Below are positions 18,033 through 28,186 of a stretch of DNA of 64,000 nucleotides, one piece after another. Location: positions 6,754 to 70,753 of IMG/VR virus record IMGVR_UViG_3300029288_000164. The stretch is one strand, 5' to 3'. The first letter of the stretch is position 1; each line of letters begins with the position of its first letter. A model generated the notes under the pieces. That model made no database searches, was not told where the DNA came from, and saw nothing but the letters and a program-made list of their open reading frames with translations. The stretch comes from a virus. Its lineage: Duplodnaviria > Caudoviricetes. The position numbers were made by a program, and so were the translations under genes.

Positions 18033-18711
18033 TGTCGTTCCCTTTGTCTATCGGCTTGTCCGTAGCCGCTTCAAATTCGGCTTCCTTCAATCCCGGAAGT
18101 TGTTTCCGTTCTTCTTCCCAAGGCTTTGTCAACTCTGTCTCTTCCGTCCATTCGCGCAATTCTTTCAACTTACGCTGTCTATACAATTTCTGTTTTGCTC
18201 TATTGTCCAATATACGTCGTCTTTGTTCGTTAACTGTTAATGTCCCGTCCTTTTTCCGCTTCGTATCAATTTTCTTGACCTTCTCAACAATATCGAAATC
18301 AAACTTTGCTTTCCATTCTTCTAGTTCTTCTTGATATTGTTCCTTGAAGTCGAAATACAATGCAATCGCTTTTTCGACATCAATACCTCGCTCCTTGGCA
18401 GTCAGCATGTACATCGCTACCGCCTCTTCACCAGGATTCTCGTCCGTGTATACTGTAACCGCTCCAACAAGGTCTGTCAAGTGGGTCTGCGAAATTAATC
18501 TGGCAACGTCTTTCCTACTTAGTAAACCGTAACCAACTGACTCTTCAAGTAAACTATTAACTGTTTCAAATAAATCGCTTTGCTTTAGCCAACCCTTTTT
18601 AACCCAGGTTGCTAATCGTCTAGCCTGTTCGCCAATGTTATTATCCCAGCGGGTAAGTGAATTGAGAACGTAATTGGCTTCTTTGAGATTATGTAACTGG
18701 ATCTTTCTCAT
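18019..18711 (-). CDS. Hypothetical helical protein
   Basis: Long ORF; ATG 18711 overlaps the upstream stop. Confidence 0.65.
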   Translation of the reverse strand: MRKIQLHNLKEANYVLNSLTRWDNNIGEQARRLATWVKKGWLKQSDLFETVNSLLEESVGYGLLSRKDVARLISQTHLTDLVGAVTVYTDENPGEEAVAMYMLTAKERGIDVEKAIALYFDFKEQYQEELEEWKAKFDFDIVEKVKKIDTKRKKDGTLTVNEQRRRILDNRAKQKLYRQRKLKELREWTEETELTKPWEEERKQLPGLKEAEFEAATDKPIDKGNDNGQH

Positions 18712-19220
18712 TTGACCCAAGGAATAGGAATGGATTCGAAATTGGAATCATTATCCAGTAATGTATACAAATCACCGGGAGAAGTAGATGCTGGATCTAA
18801 ATGTGCTGTCCAAGGTATCTCAGCTTCTTTGAGAAATGTGGTAACTGCTTCAGAACAAAATAGCTCACCCTTTTTATGAATTGGATTTAAAATTTTCTTT
18901 TTAAATAAACGCCATACAGATAGTTTGCAAAGGAAACCGAGAATACCAAGGAAGTCGTATTTGGAGCCAACAATTGCACGAACTTTTGGCAACGCGAATG
19001 AAATATCCTTGTTGTATTCAAAGCAAACCAATTTCTCATATTCAATAGTTTCGGCAGGAACAAGAATGATCCCGCGTTGATCTACTTCCATTGCCCAAAA
19101 TCCTGTCCACTCTGAATCGGGATAAGCAAGGAAAGCATGGTTGACATCTGATTGGGTAAGTTTCCTAATTGCTTTTCCAACAACACCATGACCAGCCGAT
19201 AAACAAATTACAACACGCAT
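18708..19220 (-). CDS. Permuted papain-like NlpC/P60 amidase (YaeF/YiiX type)
   Basis: NHAFL precedes GSKYD and LFCSE, i.e. the His-before-Cys permuted order. Confidence 0.8.
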   Translation of the reverse strand: MRVVICLSAGHGVVGKAIRKLTQSDVNHAFLAYPDSEWTGFWAMEVDQRGIILVPAETIEYEKLVCFEYNKDISFALPKVRAIVGSKYDFLGILGFLCKLSVWRLFKKKILNPIHKKGELFCSEAVTTFLKEAEIPWTAHLDPASTSPGDLYTLLDNDSNFESIPIPWVK

Positions 19221-19223
19221 TGG

Positions 19224-19964
19224 TTACCTCTTGCTGGAAAACTCAATGTTGATTTCTGTTGGCTGTGCTGATTCATGTGCTAGAGAAGGTGCCGAGTAAT
19301 AGACAGTGCTTTGCTGTGTACCTTCTCGATTGAAGGACACGACTCTTTCCTTGTGCTCATGGCCACAAAGAAAATAATCAATGTACCCTTCACAAGCACG
19401 TAGCAATTCTTCCGCGTCTTTCAATTCCAATGCCCAGCGTTCTTCGAAAGGCGTGTGGTGCATACAGACTAGCGAAATCTTTTTGTCCTTCTTGCATTGA
19501 AGACCGAATTTCTTTATTGCTCTGCGATTCCACCAACCAACATTGCCTTTTGCAAAATCAAATGGGGTATATGTTTTTAGATTTGAATCAATAGGAAGAA
19601 TTCGCAAATCATAAAATTCATTGCGTGGGAAGTTCAGTAATGACGCAAAAACTTTGAAGCGTTTTACACATTCTTTATTGTAGAACAAACCACTCGCACC
19701 CAGGTCATGATTTCCGGGGACTACGATAATCCTGTTGGTAAATGGTGTAAGCAGCTTCAGCGCATTAGCATATTGGACTTCGGAGCCATCGTCTGTAATA
19801 TCTCCGGTACAAACTATAAAATCAACAGGGCCAAGCTTCTGAGACAATGTGTAGAGCTTGGACTCTACCTGATAATTGTGCTTCATGTCTGAGCGTACAT
19901 GCAAATCGCTAATATGGAAAATTTTCATGGTATGTTCTCCTATCTTTCCGATAGGGTAATTCAA
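19224..19964 (-). CDS. Calcineurin-like metallophosphoesterase (CpdA/Icc-like)
   Basis: HISDLH, GDITD, PGNHD, HH, GHEH. Confidence 0.9.
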   Translation of the reverse strand: MNYPIGKIGEHTMKIFHISDLHVRSDMKHNYQVESKLYTLSQKLGPVDFIVCTGDITDDGSEVQYANALKLLTPFTNRIIVVPGNHDLGASGLFYNKECVKRFKVFASLLNFPRNEFYDLRILPIDSNLKTYTPFDFAKGNVGWWNRRAIKKFGLQCKKDKKISLVCMHHTPFEERWALELKDAEELLRACEGYIDYFLCGHEHKERVVSFNREGTQQSTVYYSAPSLAHESAQPTEINIEFSSKR

Positions 19965-19979
19965 AAGGGGTTGGAGGAT

Positions 19980-20723
19980 TTAACGTTCCCTCTTTGCTTT
20001 GAATGGGAAGGAAGTTTGACGAGGATCTATAACTTCTGGTTTTGGCTCTGTATCTTCTTCTTCAAACTCATCTTCTTCTACCAAAGCAAAGCCTAACTCT
20101 TTTGCGGCTTCTTGAATAGAACTTTCTTCAACCCACTGTCCCCCAGTTTCATTGTCGTGCTCACCAAAAGCCTCCTGGTTATGTTTCCATAACCACGTAA
20201 ATACTTGCTTTGCCCAATCTTCCGGAGCTTCATCGCTAACAACACTATAACCCTCAGATTCAATATTTTCTATTGTGGCATCATACTCTGTCTGACTTAT
20301 TTCATCATCATTCAAAACAGGATAACCCGACAGTGAAGCTGCACTATCCTTCAAAATCGAACCCGCAGGAGTTAGCTTACCTGCATTATCAAAAACACGC
20401 ACAGCATACTCACCGCCTTGAACATGAACAAAATTTTCCTCTCCTGTATTTTTCAATTCCCTCATAATACTTTTCATATTTGACATAGATATATAATCTG
20501 TATATTTTTTCTCAACCCCCTCAATCATAACCCACTGGTCCATTTCTTCGGGGGCAATGTCTGTGTAGCTATTCAGTTGCAGGGGCACATTTTCTGGAGA
20601 ATAATAAAGGCCAACATCCGAAAGGTCTTGACGAAATTCCTTGATTTGTGAACTCAGATCAGTATTTTCAAGAATTTGTGCCATTCTTTCGAACGCTTTA
20701 TCTTGCAAACCCAATTTTATCAT
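19980..20723 (-). CDS. Acidic hypothetical protein with DKAFERMA motif
   Basis: GGAGG RBS before MIKLGL; D/E-rich. Confidence 0.65.
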   Translation of the reverse strand: MIKLGLQDKAFERMAQILENTDLSSQIKEFRQDLSDVGLYYSPENVPLQLNSYTDIAPEEMDQWVMIEGVEKKYTDYISMSNMKSIMRELKNTGEENFVHVQGGEYAVRVFDNAGKLTPAGSILKDSAASLSGYPVLNDDEISQTEYDATIENIESEGYSVVSDEAPEDWAKQVFTWLWKHNQEAFGEHDNETGGQWVEESSIQEAAKELGFALVEEDEFEEEDTEPKPEVIDPRQTSFPFKAKRER

Positions 20724-20776
20724 TTTTTCCTCCAAAATGGTTACCCAAGTACTTTACGACAAAACTTGTTGGTTTG

Positions 20777-21949
20777 CTAAAGCGGGGAGAAAGATTTTCG
20801 AACGAAATCAATTACCGCACTAAACTTGCGGTTTGTCACTAGCCTAGGAGGGGTATCCAATTGCTTGGTTTCTCTCCCAATAGCCGCAACAATAGGCCAA
20901 TTGATAGTGGCCCTGCGTGCGATGTTCACCGCCCCAACATGATCAGCATGGTCGGTGTAACCGCACGACTTGCAACAGAACTCCGCTTGGCTTCGCCTGT
21001 TCCCCTTATTGATATAGTCACACTTCGGGCAAGTTATGCTGGTGTTATAGGCGGAAACAATACCTACGGGAACACCAGATAACCGCGCCTTGTATTCAAT
21101 AAAGGTGCGAAGCTGATAAAAACCCCAATTTCTTTTGCTTGCTCTTTGGTCTTTTCTAACCGTTCCCCGGTTGTTAATCCCCTTGAGGTCTTCAAGAGCG
21201 ATCCCACGACCGGTGCCTTTGGCCTTAGAAACAAGAGTCTTTGAAATGGTGTGGTTTGTATCGGCTCTAAAACGTTTTTCCTTTCCCGACAGCTTCTTGA
21301 GTTTCTTTTTAGACGATTTGGTTCCTACAGACTTAAGTTCAAATCTGAGTCGAGACTGTTTTTTCCGAACTTTCTCAACCTTGTCCCCGCTGTGCTTGTC
21401 CCCATCCGAGTCAACAGCGAGATTCCTAATGCCAAGATCAACTCCCATCCATTCCTTGGGGGTTATCTGGGCTTCTTCGGGGACTTCGACGGTAACGTAA
21501 AGGTACCACTTGCCTTTTTTGAGAACAAGATCCGACTGGCCCCTTTTTCCCTCAAGACGGGAGCGAAAATAATCTCCGACTACAAAAGGCATTTTTATTC
21601 TTCCGTCGAGAGTAAGGACAGAAATTTGATCAATAGCCTTAAAGCTATACATCCAATGGTCATATGCAATCGCACTATGTTTTTTAAATTTTGGCTGAAC
21701 TTTTTTGTTTCGTTTATATGCAGTACTAACTTTTCCTATAGCACGTATGGTCATTTCGGAAGAAAGGCCAAATTTTTCCCGCATAATTCGATAATAAGAA
21801 TGTTGTAGTGTTATTTTATTCGCAGTTTTGTCTTTAAATGCTTGTAGAGCTAACCAGTTACACGCCTCTGTTATTTTCTCCATCGTAGCTAGAAGCAAAC
21901 GCGCTTGTTCTACCGTAGGACATAATTTTGTTTTTATCACCAGTATCAT
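20777..21949 (-). mobile_element. tnpB: IS200/IS605-family TnpB RNA-guided endonuclease (copy 1), no tnpA in window
   Basis: N-terminal HTH, GVDLG, IALEDL, CPKC...CKSC ribbon, HADHVGAVNI; 9-bp hairpin at 21950-21974 and a CCGCA/TGCGG hairpin at about 20815-20831. Confidence 0.92.
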
Positions 21950-22394
21950 AACTTAGAGTATAACTCTCTAAGTTTAGGAAACCTAAAGCCTCACAAATTA
22001 AATTTGTATATTGCAAAGCAAATAAATAAAAACACGATGCACCGCGAAAAACAGCTTTTTTAATTAGAAATTGATGAAGAGGTTTTTTTGTGCCTTAATT
22101 TTGTTTTTGCAGCGCTGAGAAAGATCCTCATCCTTCCCTTCGGTCAGGATTCGGATCTTATCTAATTCCCATGTTATAACTTCTTATTCTTATTCCTAGA
22201 TCCTAATTCTCTAGAATTCTAAATTCATACGCGCGTAATGATCTTCCTTATACAGAGATTAGTTAGTGTATACGATAGATTTATTAATTGTTAGCCGATG
22301 GAATTTAGTAGTTTTGGTTGTTTAAAGCAGGAGAAAAAATAATTTAGAAATTTTCTGCAAAGTATCGTATAGTGCTAACTGGAGGTAAATTTTT

Positions 22395-23207
22395 ATGCTG
22401 AAGCCTTTGACCACAGAAGACCTAGCAAAAGCAGGGAATGTTAACTCTTGCCGCATATGTGCCATGATGTTCAGCAATTTAAAGCTCTGGAGTGATATTC
22501 ACGAAAAAGTATTGATGTCCGATGAATCAGTTATGGGCACTTCGAAATGGCTTAATAACCAGCTAAAAGAACTTGGTGATGAAAACAAAATTTCTCCCGA
22601 TGAATCCAAGCCAATCCACTACAACATTGCACGGGAACACTTCAACAAGCACGTCGTAACCGTAGAGATTTTTCAGCGTTTGTTGAAGAGTGCGATTAGA
22701 TTCCAAACCAACAATGCCGATGAAGATACACTAATTTTTCACCAAGACCTAAGAGAAAGATTTGGATTAACCCATGACGTCGTTGATGAGTTTATCCAGC
22801 TACGTGAACTTGTCAAATCCGCAGAGGACCGTATTGCTCAAATGGATGCTCGATTGAAGACCCAAGAATCAAAGCCTGGTTACATGGTTGACTTTGGTCA
22901 GATCTGCACTTACCAAAAATTAGTAACCGAGAATTTGAAAAATAGAAAAGAATTAATCTCAATGCAAAATTCCATTGAAGTAGCTGGCAAAGCAGTTGAG
23001 ACAGCTATCGTAATGGTGGCTAAAGCTGTGATGAACGAAGCAGCGCAAGTAGCTGAAGAAGCTGCTGCACACGTTAGCAGGGAACATCCAGGTTCATTGG
23101 CCGTTGAGGAAGTGAACAATCTAATTCGGTCAAGATTGGGTGATGGATTAAAGTCAATTATTCAAGATGCACATTTGGTTGTGTTACGTCAGTATGGAAT
23201 AAAGTAG
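22395..23207 (+). CDS. Candidate terminase small subunit
   Basis: CxxC...HxxxH N-terminal module followed by long helices; first gene of the plus-strand block leading to TerL. Assignment is largely positional. Confidence 0.45.
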   Translation: MLKPLTTEDLAKAGNVNSCRICAMMFSNLKLWSDIHEKVLMSDESVMGTSKWLNNQLKELGDENKISPDESKPIHYNIAREHFNKHVVTVEIFQRLLKSAIRFQTNNADEDTLIFHQDLRERFGLTHDVVDEFIQLRELVKSAEDRIAQMDARLKTQESKPGYMVDFGQICTYQKLVTENLKNRKELISMQNSIEVAGKAVETAIVMVAKAVMNEAAQVAEEAAAHVSREHPGSLAVEEVNNLIRSRLGDGLKSIIQDAHLVVLRQYGIK

Positions 23208-23215
23208 GAGATGCA

Positions 23216-23581
23216 ATGGAAAAAGATTTTACAATTGATACAAGTGGTTTTGCGAGTTTAGCAATTAATAGTCCTCCACCAGAGTTTTTAATCACTATTG
23301 TTGGCGAGGATGAAAAGAATCCGATTGCAGTGATTAAACCAGATGGAACAGTAATTGTCAATAGGCTAGGCGCAGACGAGGAAGCCGCCAAGATATTTTG
23401 GAATGCAATTCGGGTGTATGGCAAAAGCCTTGTGCAACAACGGGATGAGGCAATTGAACGAGCAGTGAAGGCAGAAAATCATCTAGACAAGTTGAGACTA
23501 GAGAAAGCCGCTGTACATGCCGAGAATGAAGATTTGCGGGAAGCCTTGATGGTAGCAAGAGGTTTGGTGGTTCCTGTATGA
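23216..23581 (+). CDS. Hypothetical protein
   Basis: AGGAG RBS; C-terminal coiled coil. Confidence 0.6.
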   Translation: MEKDFTIDTSGFASLAINSPPPEFLITIVGEDEKNPIAVIKPDGTVIVNRLGADEEAAKIFWNAIRVYGKSLVQQRDEAIERAVKAENHLDKLRLEKAAVHAENEDLREALMVARGLVVPV

Positions 23582-24068
23582 CCGACAATCGTCCAATCCC
23601 CAAGTTTTTTGGCAATGATAAGCTCCTGCGGGATGAGCAATATCGCGTAATGGGCCGTGTAATTCTTAAAGATGCTACGGTAAAAGTTGGCGAAAAAATT
23701 GCTGTAGTTTTGCTAACTGTCCCACGGCAATATATGGGTGATGTGCGTGGCAAAACATTTTTTATTGATGGCATTAAATATAGAGTACCAAGTGATTTAC
23801 CGGACCAAAAAATAGGAGGAAATGTACTACAGGTTTTTTGTAATAATTTTTGGTTAGAACCGGCATAGGAGAAATTTATGCTATACTTAGTTGGACAATG
23901 GGTAGACAATGAACCTTGGGGATTTCAAGGTATTTTTTCAACTAAAGAAAAAGCAATAGAAGCTTGCAGGTCAGAGGAATATTTTATTTATCCAGTAGAG
24001 TTAGATGTTAATTTACCAGACGAAAATACTCTAATGCTCGCGGAAGAAGGATTCGAGTATCCTAAAGC

Positions 24069-26282
24069 ATGAGTCTCAAAGAAATAAATACTTTTATCGA
24101 TGAAGTCTCTAAGAAAGGCTCATCAATTGACTTGGATAAAGAAAGGCGCTATCTTTCTAACCTTGCACCTAATATCGTTGAATGGGTGACGGGTACGGAT
24201 TTCTGGAATGTCCCATCTACTTTCGAGTTCTACCGACAATACCAAATCCTCAGAGATGTTTTCAATCTTCGTTGTCGTATTTGCAATTCCGCCGATCCAG
24301 AAGCTGTTGATTGCTGGGAAAAATCCAGGACATATTTAGAGTCAGAAACTTTGCTCATATGGTCCGAACAATACCAAGACTTCGTTTGCCCAAAATGCGG
24401 AACAACTCAAAAGGAATTCTTCAAAGACGGCTTGATGATTCCGTTCAATGAGATTATCATTATCGCTGGAATGAGATCTGGCAAGTCTTATCTTGGTGGA
24501 CACATTGGAGGTTACCTAGAACATTTCAATAGTGCATTAGCTGTCCGTGGAAAGAACTATCTCCAACGATATTTGAAGCAGGAAAAAGCAGAAACATTTG
24601 AAGTTACATTCGCTGCTTCAACTGCCACACAAGCAAAGGAAACGATTTACGCAAAGTACCGGGGTATGAGAAATAATTCTCCCTGGATTAATCGATACAT
24701 GACTTGGGTAAAAGCTCAGGAGAAGATGCAGATTGGTCACGGGAAAGACAACTGGGCATACAAAGTAAACGATGATGTAATACATGATGAATGGGCACAA
24801 GTAAGGTACAATAGAGTTGCCAGTGACTCGGCTGGTGTAGCAGGTAAAACAAGAATATTGTCTGGTCTTGATGAATGGGCTAGGTTGAAGGACACTGAAG
24901 GTACGCAATCAGCACAGGAGCTTTATCGCGTTCTTAACCAAAGCTTGATGACTGTTAGAGCAGCTTCAGAAACATCTGGGCTTCCTCCATTTTTTGGAAT
25001 GATGATAAATGTTACATCACCTATTGCTCAAGATGACCCAGCAATGCTTACTTATAACCAAGCTGCTGATGGTACGCTTAAGAAAGTTTTTGGTTGGAAA
25101 GGCCCCACTTGGAAGTTTAATCCAAAATTTACCAGAGAATTTTTTCAACCAGAATATGACAAAGATCCAGTAGGTGCGGAAAGAGATTTCGGCGCAAATC
25201 CGCCAAATGCCGCAACACCTTACGTAGATGACCCAATTCGTTTTTGGTCATGTATTGAGTGGGATCGCGAACCTATTGCGAAATTCTCTGAAAATTACAT
25301 GACTGATAAAACTGGGAAATCCTATATTGGTTTGGACGTGGACCAGTGCAAACTAGATTCGCAAAACACCTATTATCTGTTTGGCGATGCTGGGTTGACA
25401 TGGGACGCTTTTGCCTTGGTTTGTGCTCATTCGGAATGGGTTGAGCGCAAGGATGTAATTCCAGAAGGTGCCATAGAGAAAATTGATAATCCCAAGGGTC
25501 CAGTTCCTCCTCATATCAGATCAGGCAGAATTGAGCCAGAACTTGACGTACTTTGGCCAGAGGATCTTGGTACATATGTTGTACCAAATGTTGGCCCAGA
25601 TGGTCCAATGACTGACTATAGATTTGCTCAAAGTGGTAGGGTACTTCCTGCTGATGGAGTTGGCCAGCATTACGGAATGATGCAATGTACGGTTATTGAT
25701 TTTGCGGTAAGGATTGTGCCAACGGTTGCTAGAGAGATTTGGTTTGCTTCTATTCTTGACATCATAACTGTACTCAGTAAAAGAATAAGAATCGGGTCAG
25801 TTTATTTTGACCATTGGGGGTCGCAAAGTGCCATTCAACAAATCCGAGATTCTGGCATTCAAGCTGACCAAATGACATTGCGGGCAGAACATTTTATGTC
25901 GTTTCTAAAAGGTGCATACAACGGGAATGTAAAGATGCTTCCTCCGCGTGAAGAAGACCATGTTTCAATTACAAAGACGGGGGCATTGGTATTGGGGACT
26001 GCACAAGAAGTAATGGCAGGGGAAACAATAGCACTGGTGGAGCTAATGCGTTTAAGCCGCTCTGCCAACCTCAACAAGTTTGTGAATCCGAACAAGGGTA
26101 CAGTACGTGGGCGGGACTCGGACGACGTTGCTAGGTGCATTGTGGGCGTTCACAGCTTGATCCAGGATTTACACGTTGATGAGTTAGCTAATACAAAGAA
26201 ACGTAGGGCGATTAGAAAGAGACAAACTGCTGATGAAGATATTGTCAGTGGATCAATTTTTCAGAGCAAAAAAAGTTGGTAG
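24069..26282 (+). CDS. terL: Terminase large subunit
   Basis: Walker A GMRSGKS, Walker B LSGLDEW, nuclease FGDAG and SDDVA, YFDHW; includes Zn-ribbon and nuclease-domain insertions. Confidence 0.9.
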   Translation: MSLKEINTFIDEVSKKGSSIDLDKERRYLSNLAPNIVEWVTGTDFWNVPSTFEFYRQYQILRDVFNLRCRICNSADPEAVDCWEKSRTYLESETLLIWSEQYQDFVCPKCGTTQKEFFKDGLMIPFNEIIIIAGMRSGKSYLGGHIGGYLEHFNSALAVRGKNYLQRYLKQEKAETFEVTFAASTATQAKETIYAKYRGMRNNSPWINRYMTWVKAQEKMQIGHGKDNWAYKVNDDVIHDEWAQVRYNRVASDSAGVAGKTRILSGLDEWARLKDTEGTQSAQELYRVLNQSLMTVRAASETSGLPPFFGMMINVTSPIAQDDPAMLTYNQAADGTLKKVFGWKGPTWKFNPKFTREFFQPEYDKDPVGAERDFGANPPNAATPYVDDPIRFWSCIEWDREPIAKFSENYMTDKTGKSYIGLDVDQCKLDSQNTYYLFGDAGLTWDAFALVCAHSEWVERKDVIPEGAIEKIDNPKGPVPPHIRSGRIEPELDVLWPEDLGTYVVPNVGPDGPMTDYRFAQSGRVLPADGVGQHYGMMQCTVIDFAVRIVPTVAREIWFASILDIITVLSKRIRIGSVYFDHWGSQSAIQQIRDSGIQADQMTLRAEHFMSFLKGAYNGNVKMLPPREEDHVSITKTGALVLGTAQEVMAGETIALVELMRLSRSANLNKFVNPNKGTVRGRDSDDVARCIVGVHSLIQDLHVDELANTKKRRAIRKRQTADEDIVSGSIFQSKKSW

Positions 26283-26652
26283 GCTACTTAGGAACGGAGA
26301 CGGGGACAACGCGGTAACTCTTGTATCCATAGACCACAGTCTTAATTCCGTGTAGGACTGCTTCGGTCATGGAATCAAGGACATGGCTTTCAATCCATCC
26401 GTTTTCTGTTTCCAGATCAACCCTGTATTTCGTAACCATTTTCAAATCCTCATGTTGTTATGTAAATTGTTTTCTAGCTGCTCAAGGAATTCTTCTGTCT
26501 GATACCTTGTAAACCCTATTTTGTATTGTAGATAGTCAAGTGCTGTAAGATAGCTAAAGAGTTGTCCATCAATTTGGTAATCCCACCCTCCATCGTTTCT
26601 GACAATTATTTTGTCCAAGTTACTTCCCTTTTGTTCTCTGTCCCTACCTAGG

Positions 26653-26680
26653 AATATAACCACTGCAAAAGGCTTGTCAA
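26653..26680 (-). promoter_or_regulatory. Sigma70-type promoter TTGACA-N16-TATATT
   Basis: Hexamers read directly from the sequence. Confidence 0.7.
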
Positions 26681-26697
26681 GTGGCAAAAAGAAGAAT

Positions 26698-27141
26698 TTA
26701 GTAATTATGTAGGATTTTCAACGCTTTTTCGTACCTGTGGCGAATGTCCTGCTCTTCTGGTGGAAGTGAGTCAATTCTACGCAGGTTGTCATTGAGATCT
26801 GCAATTTTCAGTTCTATTGCAATTTCATTTTTACTATCACGAATTTTCTCAATGAATTCGCTATAAGTTGGGCGATTTTCCGTACCAGGAGCAGGACGAG
26901 AAAGCAAGGAAACAGCTTCAACAACAGTAGGTGAAAAACCTTCACTGAGAAGTTGTTCAGTACTCACCCCACAATCCTCGATAACGTCATGGAGAAGTCC
27001 TGCCTGTGCGTATTCCTCCCCATATTCAATAACGCTGTAAGCTACTCGAATAGGGTGAAAAATGTAAGGATTCCCACTCCTGTCTTTTTGACCAGCATGT
27101 TTGGTGATTGCATAAATCATGGTTTGTTCTAAAGTTTTCAT
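26698..27141 (-). CDS. HD-domain hydrolase, RelA/SpoT-Mesh1-like
   Basis: HAGQKDRSGNPYIFHP, GLLHDVIED, KIADLNDN. Confidence 0.9.
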   Translation of the reverse strand: MKTLEQTMIYAITKHAGQKDRSGNPYIFHPIRVAYSVIEYGEEYAQAGLLHDVIEDCGVSTEQLLSEGFSPTVVEAVSLLSRPAPGTENRPTYSEFIEKIRDSKNEIAIELKIADLNDNLRRIDSLPPEEQDIRHRYEKALKILHNY

Positions 27142-27147
27142 GTTTTG

Positions 27148-27175
27148 AATCTAAGTCTTTTTTGGGGTTTGTCAA
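27148..27175 (-). promoter_or_regulatory. Sigma70-type promoter TTGACA-N16-TAGATT, leaderless configuration
   Basis: The -10 box lies 6 nt from the HD-gene ATG; no RBS is present. Confidence 0.65.
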
Positions 27176-27253
27176 GAGAAGAAAAAATCGACAAGGTTTA
27201 GTCCACCAACTAAAAGTATGTTCTAATAAAGCGAAAGTGGAGGAATATATCCA

Positions 27254-28186
27254 ATGCCGATAAGTCTTGATGATGCAGTTGAGAGAGCCAAATTGATGGC
27301 AGATACCAGCGGATTACTGGCGCAAGAATCCTACAATTTACTTCTTAATGCGCTAGATGAAGAAGATCGTTATGGATTCACGATGTCTTTGGTAGATCAC
27401 GGCATAATCTCAAAGCAAGGTTCAACGGACAAGGTAAGAGAATTGCTGGGTAAACCAAAAACAGCCATCAATATAACCCATGAATTAACATCCGAAACAT
27501 ATTTAAACAATAAATTTGCTAATATTGCTCGTAAGCTCACGGGACAGTACGAAATTGATGAGCAAGGAAATCCAATAATTTCCTACGGGGGCAATAATGA
27601 ACAGCCCCCTTTTCAGGATAGTGAAGCGCCAGTTGATCAATCGGCAGTAAACAATCTTCGGTCAACATTAGAAAATTTCGGCATTTCTATCGATTACCAA
27701 GGAAATGTTAGTTTTTACAAATCTTCCGTACCAGGAATATACACGGATAGACTTCCACAGTCGATGCCTTTGGACAGTGCTTTGGCATATTATAGGCAAG
27801 TTTCTGCTATTGCTCAAAAAGAAGCTGATAAATCTACAAAAATTTTGGATAATCTTGCTAAGTTAAGCGCTCAAGAAAACGACATTTCCTCCATTCTTGA
27901 GGATCTGAAATCTGTCAAGTTTAGTCAGCAATCGAAATCGGACTTTATTGTAAGTATTTCTAAAAATTTGGAAAGTTTGGTATCAACTCTTTCATCAGAT
28001 GCAAACGCCAAAATGGTTGAATACATAGAACAATTAGAAGATAATTTTGAACAATATAAATTTGACCAAGAAGCAAAACGCGATCAATACGATATAGTAG
28101 CTGATGTCCTAGATGAGCTAGTTGATGCAAAGGAAAATCATCCAGAACTTTACAAGGCAGTGATTACAGGACTTGGTGGACTATGA
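27254..28186 (+). CDS. Acidic hypothetical protein
   Basis: GGAGG RBS; 310 aa. Confidence 0.7.
   Translation: MPISLDDAVERAKLMADTSGLLAQESYNLLLNALDEEDRYGFTMSLVDHGIISKQGSTDKVRELLGKPKTAINITHELTSETYLNNKFANIARKLTGQYEIDEQGNPIISYGGNNEQPPFQDSEAPVDQSAVNNLRSTLENFGISIDYQGNVSFYKSSVPGIYTDRLPQSMPLDSALAYYRQVSAIAQKEADKSTKILDNLAKLSAQENDISSILEDLKSVKFSQQSKSDFIVSISKNLESLVSTLSSDANAKMVEYIEQLEDNFEQYKFDQEAKRDQYDIVADVLDELVDAKENHPELYKAVITGLGGL

Noticed and set aside
26198-26210. 12/13 match between the predicted TnpB3 guide (GAAACGTAGTGCG) and terL
   Set aside because: The match is short, mismatched and does not extend; this is expected by chance at an appreciable rate in 128 kb of both strands.
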